A stretch of 64,000 nt of DNA, from contig CAXXWZ010000007.1 of NCBI GenBank assembly GCA_963674935.2, positions 1,117,500 through 1,181,499 of the forward strand, read 5' to 3'. Positions 18,701 to 24,844 of this stretch are shown piece after piece. Under the pieces are notes generated by a model, which did no database searches, was not told the DNA's origin, and worked only from the letters and a program-made list of their open reading frames with translations. The stretch comes from Bacteroidales bacterium. GTDB lineage: Bacteria > Bacteroidota > Bacteroidia > Bacteroidales > GCA-2711565. The position numbers and the translations under genes are program-made. Each line of letters begins with the position of its first letter. Within the stretch, counting starts at the first letter, position 1.

Positions 18701-21076
18701 AAAATGATAAGTTGTACTAGGCGTTAAACTACTGATATTCTTACTAACAGATGTATTTGAAGTGCCTGTTACTGGACTTTCATCCGCTGTTATACTGGTT
18801 CCATAACTATCCGTTAGTCCATATTCAAATGTAACTGTTGTACTTAATGTATTGGCATTAATAGTTCCATTTAAAGTGGCTGATTGTTGAACGACGCTCG
18901 TTGCAGCATTTGTTGTCGCAGTTGGAACCGCAAAGCCTGTACCTTGGATATTAAAATTATAAGGATTTTCATCATCATCATCATTTGCAATGCTGAGGCT
19001 GGCAATTCGTGTTCCCGAAGCACTGGGATTGAATGTAATTCTAAAAATACTTGATCCTGAAGATGCGATACTATTTGAAGGTATTGTGGTCACACTAAAA
19101 TCACCAGCATGTGTTCCTGATATTGCAACATAAGGAGAACTATCTGTTAAGCTCAATGCAGCTCCTCCTGTATTTTCTATGGTGAAGGTTCTAATAACCG
19201 TTCCTCCATTCACATCCGCATTACCAAAGTCTGTATGATCGCTTAATGAAGGACTGGTATCGCCATCGGCAATTGAAACTGAGTTGCCTTTCACATCTAT
19301 TTCCGATCCATTGTAAATAATTGTGGCTGTTCCACCATTCCAACTTGTTACATTAGTCGGAGATGGGTCTTCATCATGATTGGCCGAATATCTGATATAG
19401 GTATCTGTATTCGTGTCATTATCGATATGCCAATACCGATCCCCACCGAAAAAACCATTATAGATATAATATTCTTCAGATTCGTGTTTCCAATACTCTA
19501 ATTCATTTAAGATACCTTGATAAGTATAAACGCCGTTCGCCGCTGCCGGTGAACTGATATTAGAAACAAGGAGTTCGTAAGCCGCCCCGCCCCAGCCTTC
19601 CACACTAAAATTATAATTAGCCTCATCGGCATCATTACTAGCAATATTTAATACTGCAGAATTTGTTCCCTCAACCGAAGGATCAAAAGTTACAATGAAT
19701 GTTGTATTCCCATATCCTGCAACAGATGAAGCCGGTGGTGTGGTTATACTAAAAGCGGCAGCACCTGAACCACTGATGGTAACATAAGGTGATGCACCAG
19801 ATAATGTTAGTGTTGCAGAACCTAAATTTTGAATTGTGAACGTACGGGTTCTACTTCCTGAAGCTATATTCAAAGAACCAAAAAATGTATGGTCATCAAA
19901 AGAAGGTGAACTATGTTCATCAAATATTGTTACACTATTGCCTAGTAAATTTATATCCGATTCAGGAGTAGCAGCTTCAACTGCAAGCGTGCCAGTTGCA
20001 GGAGCATTAGCTGCCCAGCCCGTAAGACCTATTGGGCTTGCTTCATCCGACGATTTACTAAAAATATGATCATCATCTGATCCGTCAATATCTACATCTA
20101 AGTGCCAATATAACGTGCCGGAGTTTATTTCATTATGAAGATAATAGTTTTGTGAGGAATGCTTCCAATATTCAAATCTATCGTCCGTACCTTGATGAAC
20201 ATAAGTTCCATTTGCTGCAGCAGGATTGCTGACTCCTGACACAATTATATTTTTAGGCGTAAAACCTGAGCCATGAATAGTAAAATTATAAGGGTCTTCA
20301 TCAGAATCACTATTGGCTATTGATACTGTTGCAGTTCGCCCCCCTATTGCACTTGGATTAAAAGTTATCACAAAAGTTGTTGAACCACCAGCACTAATTG
20401 GTGTTGTAGGAGTTGTAGTCACACTAAAATCTCCGGCATTAGTACCACTAATTGAAACATACGGAGAAGAACCATCAAGAGTTAGATTTACAGCGCCGGT
20501 ATTATAAATGACAAAACTACGTGTTAAAGTTCCCCCTGAAATGTTAGCAGAACCAAATTTAGTATGATCTTCAAATCTTGGGGTTCCATCTCCATCTGCA
20601 ATTGAAACTCCATTTCCTCTGATATCAATTTCCGCATCAACAGCAACTTCTGAAACGACTACCCCTCCCGTTGAAGTTCCGTCACTCGGCGTATAACTGG
20701 AGCCGGCAGGTGAAACATCACCATCAGCCTCATAATAAAAAAAAACTCTTGCATCATCATAATCATCATCAATATTCCAATAATAATGATGATCACCTCC
20801 ATCATATTGATGCTTATATACCATATAATTTCCTGAAGTATGTACCCAAAAAGAAAAAGTGTACATTGTTCCTGATTGCTTCACATAAGTTCCATTTGCC
20901 GCAGCAGGGGTTGTAATACCAGATATCAGTAAGTTTTGTGTATAAGCATCAAAGCATAGTAACATAAGAACTGGTAAAAGAATCCAGAAAATTTTAGTTC
21001 TGGATTTTGAATCTTTAGCTTTTGTAATCACTGACCGTGAATTACTTTGATTGAATTGCGGTTGTAGATGATTCAT
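12791..21076 (-). CDS. Giant (2761 aa) repetitive T9SS-secreted surface protein / putative adhesin
   Basis: One uninterrupted ORF with an N-terminal signal (IFWILLPVLMLLCFDAYTQ). Domains in order: three copies of an unnamed module plus a choice-of-anchor-D-like domain, an FN3-like domain, four YxWQ repeats, an FN3-like domain, a lamin-tail-like domain, two choice-of-anchor-D-like domains, an FN3-like domain, five YxWQ repeats, PKD-like and CarboxypepD_reg-like segments, and a C-terminal T9SS sorting domain. Confidence 0.85.
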   Translation of the reverse strand: MNHLQPQFNQSNSRSVITKAKDSKSRTKIFWILLPVLMLLCFDAYTQNLLISGITTPAAANGTYVKQSGTMYTFSFWVHTSGNYMVYKHQYDGGDHHYYWNIDDDYDDARVFFYYEADGDVSPAGSSYTPSDGTSTGGVVVSEVAVDAEIDIRGNGVSIADGDGTPRFEDHTKFGSANISGGTLTRSFVIYNTGAVNLTLDGSSPYVSISGTNAGDFSVTTTPTTPISAGGSTTFVITFNPSAIGGRTATVSIANSDSDEDPYNFTIHGSGFTPKNIIVSGVSNPAAANGTYVHQGTDDRFEYWKHSSQNYYLHNEINSGTLYWHLDVDIDGSDDDHIFSKSSDEASPIGLTGWAANAPATGTLAVEAATPESDINLLGNSVTIFDEHSSPSFDDHTFFGSLNIASGSRTRTFTIQNLGSATLTLSGASPYVTISGSGAAAFSITTPPASSVAGYGNTTFIVTFDPSVEGTNSAVLNIASNDADEANYNFSVEGWGGAAYELLVSNISSPAAANGVYTYQGILNELEYWKHESEEYYIYNGFFGGDRYWHIDNDTNTDTYIRYSANHDEDPSPTNVTSWNGGTATIIYNGSEIDVKGNSVSIADGDTSPSLSDHTDFGNADVNGGTVIRTFTIENTGGAALSLTDSSPYVAISGTHAGDFSVTTIPSNSIASSGSSIFRITFNPSASGTRIASLSIANDDDDENPYNFNIQGTGFAVPTATTNAATSVVQQSATLNGTINANTLSTTVTFEYGLTDSYGTSITADESPVTGTSNTSVSKNISSLTPSTTYHFRVKGVNSIGTTNGSDQTFTTLDCINPTAAGTIGNAQEGCLGFDPTAITSLTLPSGHSGTLEYKWQQSTTSSTAGFSDIASSNSATFDPSNLSDTTWFKRLVLVDCHPDWSGALESNVIEMAVFPAFAAGTISSDQSICFNTTPANLIGVAPTGGDTPYTYQWISSTDGMSYSDVSGATSLNYQAGALSDTTYYRLEQTSASGCGIDTTSSVKITVYPLFVVGSISSNQNICYNTAPAKLIGVAPTGGTGPYTYQWQSSTDNATFSNISGETNLDYQPGVLTDTMYYQLIQSSASGCGVLTTNKITINVYEPFAVGSISASQSVCYNSVADELIGVTPTGGGGAYAYQWQNSTDGSTFSDISGANSINFQPPALTDTTYYRQLQGSDWGCGIDSTNIVTIIDDFMAPTIQASSIVFSDTGAVQLEIDWTNGNGSKRVVFIKEGTTGTAVPVNYDTYTANTHFKKGSQIGGSGWYCVANGTADSVIVNGLMPNTTYRVMVCEYNKDSGCEKYLTTESTGNASNQLTKNIMINEVDADTPGTDDQEFIELYDGGTGNTSLDGLIIVFYNGAFDYSYDIGGHTNAISLDGFSTDSDGYFLIAGDGFSGAASIRFTDNTLQNGADAIAMYADSSSNFPSTTPVTTTYLVDALIYDTDDADDAGLLVLLNASQPQVNEAGGGDKDNHSNQRITNGSGDARNTSTYTQQFPTPGEMNGNPKMQVLGNSQIIDDEDSSPSTIDHTDFENAEIFLGSVTRTFTIRNVGEKPLVLSSNSVKVVIGGADAADFNVNIQPTTSIAIDSATTTFSIVFDPTTAGVKDATISIYNNDRETDSTYTFAIKGTGITLPEIVISGNTIEIADGDTIPSLVDSTDFGVVLVTGGIVTKTFAITNPGSGTLTLGGTPTVEVGGIHAADFTISALPTVSLAAAGGTSTFNVQFDPSAIGLRKANISIDNNDSDEDPYNFNIQGIGSAVPIVSTDAATTVVQKSATMNGTVNPNSDSTVVIFEYGLTTGYGAIIAADQSPITGNTNTSVSKSISGLTPSTTYHYRVVGENSSGTTEGSNVTFTTLDCIMPTSAGSIGNAQWSCANFDPETITSLSLPSGNTGTLEYKWQKSIINGTDGFTDIPASNSSTYDPPLITETTWFKRLVRVDCESDWSGALESNVIEEFIYPEFTVGSISSSQSICFNATPAKLFGIAPTGGSPGYSYQWQSSSDGITFIDVLGATELNYQAPALSSTTYYRLAQISGSGCGTLTTNIIKIHVYDEFKVGSISENQTLYYQALPEKFIGIDPTGGAEPYIYQWQSSTDGYNFTDIIYQGNQLDYQAGRLSKTTYFRLLQSSASSCGNEFTNTIIVIVFPEFSVGSIESDQQIVYGSVPEKLTATTPRGGCQPYAYQWQSSSDSINFINLTGAIALDYQPPALTETTYYQLIQSSAFDYADKATNLVTITVYPEFVVGSITSDQIVCYNSAPELLLGNAPTGGNEPYSYQWQQSSDGILFVDIIGATALNYQPAELISQTYFRQVQTSSSSCGSFTTNVVTMTIQVQPLVDISVEEATICANASYQLTATAQNYESLTWISLGDGIFNDVNILNPIYTPGENDMAHGSVTLAINVTAALPCEIVASDQMILSFYDSPEVDAGIDLTVYENTQVQLNASVQGSGNYSYSWTPAEIVSDPTILNPVTSPITQTTTFTLQVTDNETGCIVEDQITIKVETGVFYQIRGRVQTIGLKSSLPATNIFFTKIEQSTTTNDLGEYTMMVPAGYCGWAIPTRPGYIFEPDSIGYINVGEDIIAEEIGGTFYLIAMASPDSIIAGQRVQLSVELVNQSNSIIACSWQDETGEFCNEINANVEPTQTTLYTVFVSDEYESTYDTVRVYVSTTTGINDLQEHEGLILLYPNPTNNIINLEISGDIDARLVSIVNPNGTLVRQIKLSKSFNDHKVQLNLEHLIDGSYHIIITNHEGQIVASKKVVKI
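12794..13050 (-). other. T9SS type A C-terminal sorting domain of the giant protein
   Basis: The last ~85 aa read LILLYPNPTNNIINLEISGDIDARLVSIVNPNGTLVRQIKL...GSYHIIITNHEGQIVASKKVVKI. This is the classic Por_Secre_tail pattern (YPNPT near its start, hydrophobic K/V-I end). Confidence 0.8.
14075..15525 (-). repeat. Tandem coding repeats, second YxWQ block (5 units of ~280 nt)
   Basis: A ~93-aa unit recurs with the pattern VGSI.S.Q.ICY...P..L.G..PTGG..PY.YQWQSS.DG..F.DI.GAT.L.YQ...L..TTYYR..Q.S...CG. The QWQ-encoding ccactg/ccattg strings recur near 14250, 14525, 14805, 15085 and 15375. Confidence 0.8.
16560..17125 (-). other. Lamin-tail-like (LTD) domain inside the giant protein
   Basis: The string IMINEVDADTPGTDDQEFIELYDGGTGNTSLDGLIIVFYNG...DGYFLIAGDG...ADAIAMY matches the LTD signature INE...D.EFIEL.N...dL.G. 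Confidence 0.65.
16672..16681 (-). repeat. G10 homopolymer (C10 on + strand) in frame within the giant gene
   Basis: The read is tcccccccccc/ctgc across 16671-16684. On the coding strand this is gaa gca ggg ggg ggg gat = EAGGGD. It is the only G/C run longer than 6 that I found in the window. Confidence 0.95.
17495..18650 (-). repeat. Tandem coding repeats, first YxWQ block (4 units of ~280 nt)
   Basis: The unit is the same as in 14075-15525. The motifs are LEYKWQQS, YTYQWISS, YTYQWQSS and YAYQWQNS, with QW codons near 18500, 18215, 17935 and 17650. Confidence 0.8.
18940..20935 (-). repeat. Three tandem ~225-aa units, each an unnamed PAAANG.Y module plus a choice-of-anchor-D-like domain
   Basis: Units start near 20932, 20255 and 19580. 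Each begins [IL][IL].S..[ST].PAAANG.Y and ends with a beta-sandwich of the type I...GN..SI.DGD..PS..D.TDFG.....G....TF.I.N.G...L.L....PYV.ISG..A.DFSV....FNPS..G...A...I.N.D.DE.PYNF.I.G.G. Confidence 0.75.
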
Positions 21077-21495
21077 GGCCTTTCATTTTAAGTTTCTTAG
21101 CTCAATTATGGACAAAATGCCCTGACATCCGATAATGCTTTATTTAAAATACAAATCAATTATCCTCAGTCCCTTGCACAGGCATAATGCCGGCATAAAT
21201 GCCATCATAAAAACTATTTTTTCATTAAATGAAAAGATAGTTCCCTAATCTTAAAATGTAATTGGGGAGTGTATAAATAGTGTAGGCAAGTGTGTTTTGA
21301 ATCATTCTTAAAAAATAAGAGTAATTCAATGATTTTATAATTAATTGATTAGGGGTTATAAAAATATGATTATTTTCATAGAAATCAAAATTTGATAATA
21401 AACTGACGCCTAAAAGCTTGGTGATAAATTAAAATTTATTACATAAAACAAAGTTTTGATAGATTAATATTTTAAACTACATCAAAATATATTTA

Positions 21496-21972
21496 ATGGA
21501 TTATCAATTAAGACCAAGAAAATCGGAAGACGATAAATTTGTTATTAAATTGTTTTGTGAACATAAAGTGAAGGAATTAAATGCGGAGCAATGGCCGGAA
21601 GTAATGAGATTACAATTCTGTAATATACAATATCTTGCCTTCAATAGATCCATAATTCAGAAGTTCTATAATCTTGAAGATAATATCATTACCACAGAAG
21701 CAAAACCAATTGGGCGAATTATTCTAGCCAAAACAAAATCACAAATTAATATAATTTATTTATCCCTCTTATCTGAATTTCAGAATAAAAGAGTTGGAAA
21801 AAAAGTTATTAATACATTAATAAATGAAGCCAAATTAAATCAAAAAAATATTTTACTTCAAGTATCAAAAGAAAACCCTGCATTTCACTTATATAAAAAG
21901 TTAGGTTTTAAAGTAAGGTCAGATGATAGCGTTAAATATCAGATGGTCTACTCTCCTTCTACCGAATCCTGA
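21496..21972 (+). CDS. GNAT family N-acetyltransferase
   Basis: 158 aa. The acetyl-CoA motif-A-like stretch is LLSEFQNKRVGKKVINTLINEA, followed by LYKKLGFK, which is typical of GNAT C-termini. Confidence 0.65.
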   Translation: MDYQLRPRKSEDDKFVIKLFCEHKVKELNAEQWPEVMRLQFCNIQYLAFNRSIIQKFYNLEDNIITTEAKPIGRIILAKTKSQINIIYLSLLSEFQNKRVGKKVINTLINEAKLNQKNILLQVSKENPAFHLYKKLGFKVRSDDSVKYQMVYSPSTES

Positions 21973-22133
21973 TCTCAAGAAAATTAGCTTTAAAAATATT
22001 GGAGAAATAATTTTTTATTATCTTTAGACTGATTATCAAGCTCTCCCCTCACGATAATGCCTAATGCCTATTTTATTATTAAAATAAATTAAACCTATAA
22101 TTAACTTAATTATTAACCTTAAAAATTATTATT

Positions 22134-22661
22134 ATGGAAGGATTTATTGGAGAAGTAAAATTATTTGCTGGAACTTTTGCGCCCAGAAACTGGGTTTTTT
22201 GTGAAGGCCAATTATTAGCTATACAACAATACACAGCCCTTTTTTCGATAGTCGGGGATCAATTTGGCGGAGATGGTCGTACTAGCTTTGGTGTACCGGA
22301 CTTAAGAGGTCGGGTGCCTGTTGGAGTTGGCACCGGACCAGGGTTAACACCTATGTATGCCTCACAAAAAGGTGGTTTTGAGCAGGTTCATTTAACAGAA
22401 GCCAATTTACCTACGCACAACCATGCTGTTAATTGTGATATGACATCATCTGGAGATAGAGATTTATCAACCAACCCTGAAGGAAATGTTCCAGCTAAAT
22501 CTGCTGATAAGATTTATGGTGCCAAGTTAGATGGAGGACATAAAATGCATGCAAATATTGTTGGCAGTGCTGGTGGTAACCAACCTTTTTATAATATGCA
22601 ACCGTATTTAGGGATGCGTTATATCATGTGCACAGACGGGGAATACCCACAACGACCATAG
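22134..22661 (+). CDS. Phage-tail-collar domain protein (MdpB/microcystin-dependent-protein family)
   Basis: 175 aa. The N-terminus FIGEVKLFAGTFAPRNWVFCEGQLLAIQQYTALFSIVGDQFGGDGRTSFGVPDLRGRVPVG is the canonical Collar-domain signature. The C-terminus is PFYNMQPYLGMRYIMC. Confidence 0.85.
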   Translation: MEGFIGEVKLFAGTFAPRNWVFCEGQLLAIQQYTALFSIVGDQFGGDGRTSFGVPDLRGRVPVGVGTGPGLTPMYASQKGGFEQVHLTEANLPTHNHAVNCDMTSSGDRDLSTNPEGNVPAKSADKIYGAKLDGGHKMHANIVGSAGGNQPFYNMQPYLGMRYIMCTDGEYPQRP

Positions 22662-22712
22662 CACTTAATAAAAAACTATATAGAAGTCATTATTTTTTAA
22701 TGACTTCTTTCT

Positions 22713-23699
22713 TTAGTTCAAAATCTGGCACCTTATTCTAGGTTTTGCGGTGTAATCCAAATAAAACTCAGTTTCTTGAATTTTTTGAACCGATAAATCA
22801 TAAAATTGTCGAGAACAATTTAAACTACATTCTCTTTCATTTAGTTTTTCATCATCGAATACGGTAATAAATGTATCAATTATTAATTCCTTAAAATTTG
22901 CTGGGAGTTCCGGGATTTTTAAAATTTTCTTATCACCAAGTAATTTTAACGAATGCTTATTTAGTTTGATAAAATGACCTACAAATTTTTTGTATTCAAT
23001 ATCTTTCCCGATGTTTTTAGCTAAAATTTTCTCATTAAACAAATTGCGATCGGAAAGATAAAAATCTAAATTTATTTCCTCAGGTATAAAAATAGCCTCT
23101 GGTTTCATTTGAGGAATTAAATTATTCATGATATGCACCATGGGTTCATTTTCTAAACAGGCCTGCATTGTTTCTGAAATCACAATATCATAATCTGAAG
23201 TGAATTGAAATTTTGTGGCATCCGCTAAAATAAATTCATCAATGAAATTTTGGAAATTTAAATCAAAAGTTAATTTTTTAACTGATTGAAGGGATACCTT
23301 ATTTATATCGAGTAAAGTAATTTTGGCTTCATTGTTTTTTAGTAAACTCAAAAGTGGAGTTATCAGTGTTGCATATGGGCCACTTCCTGCATATAAAATT
23401 TTTATGGGTAGTTTAGTCTCAGCTATTTTTTTATCAATTGCCTTTTTAATCCCTCTTAAAAAGATGGCTGTCCTTTTAAATTCAACTAAACAATGAGCGG
23501 CCGTTGACGAAGAAAGTGCCCTCCCCGATTCCAGCTCAATATGATCATCTTGATTATTTTCAAAATATATTCCTGTAATCTTTGAAAAGATTTTGTACAA
23601 TTCATCCGCAGCATTTTTCATTATATAAATGTCATCGGCACATGTTAAGAGCTTTTCTGTATTATTTTTAATTTTTGAATTAATGGCGCTATTTGTCAT
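22713..23699 (-). CDS. Putative class I SAM-dependent methyltransferase (PRMT-like layout), function unknown
   Basis: 328 aa. The motif-I-like stretch is KILYAGSGPYATL. A post-motif stretch DIVISETMQACLENEPMVHIMNNLIPQMKPEAIFIP resembles the DIIISEWMGY...E.M...L.PgG...P of arginine methyltransferases. Confidence 0.45.
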   Translation of the reverse strand: MTNSAINSKIKNNTEKLLTCADDIYIMKNAADELYKIFSKITGIYFENNQDDHIELESGRALSSSTAAHCLVEFKRTAIFLRGIKKAIDKKIAETKLPIKILYAGSGPYATLITPLLSLLKNNEAKITLLDINKVSLQSVKKLTFDLNFQNFIDEFILADATKFQFTSDYDIVISETMQACLENEPMVHIMNNLIPQMKPEAIFIPEEINLDFYLSDRNLFNEKILAKNIGKDIEYKKFVGHFIKLNKHSLKLLGDKKILKIPELPANFKELIIDTFITVFDDEKLNERECSLNCSRQFYDLSVQKIQETEFYLDYTAKPRIRCQILN

Positions 23700-23743
23700 A
23701 ATTGGGTTGTTAGATTATAAATTTAAAAAATATTTTAAAAATA

Positions 23744-23775
23744 TTTGGATTTATTAAAATGATAATATACATTTG
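23744..23775 (+). promoter_or_regulatory. Candidate Bacteroidota sigma-A-type promoter of the efflux operon
   Basis: TTTG at 23744-23747 and TAcaTTTG (TAnnTTTG) at 23768-23775 are separated by 20 nt, about 170 nt upstream of the first ATG (23945). Short inverted repeats follow at 23777-23805. Confidence 0.35.
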
Positions 23776-23944
23776 CAGTGTACTAATATAGTAATACACT
23801 AGTACAATAAAATTTGTTTAGAAAAAATGTCAAAATAAATTGTAACGGAGAGCAAGATTAATCGTCTAAAAATTAATTGTCAAATATTCTAAAAAACTTC
23901 AATTCAGTACATCATTATTATTTGAAAAAAATTAATAACCTCAT

Positions 23945-24826
23945 ATGAAGATTGACATTCAAGGATTAAGTAAAACATACAAGAACGGTAAAACAGCACT
24001 GGAAAACATTAATCTGGAAATTGGAAATGGGATGTTTGGATTACTTGGGCCTAACGGTGCCGGTAAATCAAGTTTGATGCGAATCCTGGTAACTATTATG
24101 AAATCAACTTCTGGTAAGGTTAACGTTAATGGTTATGACCTAGTTAAAAACCGCAAGGAAATCCGAAAAATGTTAGGTTACTTACCACAAGATTTTCGAT
24201 TTTTCACAAAGCTGAAAACATGGGAATTTCTGGATTACGCAGCTGGACTTTCAGGTGTTAAAAGTAAAAAGATTCGATCAGCGAAAGTTGATGAGTGGCT
24301 CGAAAATGTTGGACTTTTTGATTCGAGAGAACGACAAGCCAACAACCTTTCGGGAGGGATGAAAAGACGATTAGGAATTGCCCAGGCACTCATTGGTGAT
24401 CCAAAAATTATTGTGGTTGATGAACCAACAACTGGTCTCGACCCCGAAGAAAGAATCCGATTCAGAAATATTCTTTCAGAGCTCAGTCAGAAAGATGTGA
24501 TCATTGTACTTTCAACGCATATCGTTGGTGACATATCCAGCGTTTGTAATGATCTCGCCTTATTGGATGAAGGCCGGCTTCAATTTAAAGGATCTCCTGA
24601 AGCATTAGTAAATAAAGCGAAAGGGCATGTATGGCAAGTAAATACTTCAGGTACTGAATATGATTTGATTAAAGAAAAGTATGCTGTGATTTCTACCATT
24701 CCAACAGACGAAGGTTGGGAAGTTCAATTAGTTGGTCAAAATATTGAAGCTAAAAATGCAATAGAAATTGAACCGAATTTGGAGCATGCTTATGTTTATT
24801 TTATGGAATATCTATCGAAACACTAA
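23945..24826 (+). CDS. ABC transporter ATP-binding protein (ABC-2/DrrA-like subfamily)
   Basis: 293 aa with Walker A GPNGAGKSS, Q-loop GYLPQDF, signature LSGGMKRR, Walker B IIVVDEPTTGLD and H-loop STHI. A C-terminal ~80-aa extension ends NLEHAY. Confidence 0.9.
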   Translation: MKIDIQGLSKTYKNGKTALENINLEIGNGMFGLLGPNGAGKSSLMRILVTIMKSTSGKVNVNGYDLVKNRKEIRKMLGYLPQDFRFFTKLKTWEFLDYAAGLSGVKSKKIRSAKVDEWLENVGLFDSRERQANNLSGGMKRRLGIAQALIGDPKIIVVDEPTTGLDPEERIRFRNILSELSQKDVIIVLSTHIVGDISSVCNDLALLDEGRLQFKGSPEALVNKAKGHVWQVNTSGTEYDLIKEKYAVISTIPTDEGWEVQLVGQNIEAKNAIEIEPNLEHAYVYFMEYLSKH

Positions 24827-24844
24827 AGGCAAAAGTTTAATAAT

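Noticed and set aside
13681-20916. Numerous 60-110-aa ORFs on both strands within the giant gene, and the ~280-nt periodicity as a possible CRISPR or satellite
   Set aside because: The periodicity is fully explained by in-frame protein repeats (YxWQ units) of one continuous 2761-aa ORF. There are no short identical direct repeats with unique spacers. The small ORFs are out-of-frame or antisense artefacts.
22134-22661. Tail-collar domain as evidence of a prophage or tailocin
   Set aside because: No other phage-like genes (capsid, terminase, baseplate, sheath, integrase) occur in the flanks. This family commonly occurs as stand-alone cellular genes.
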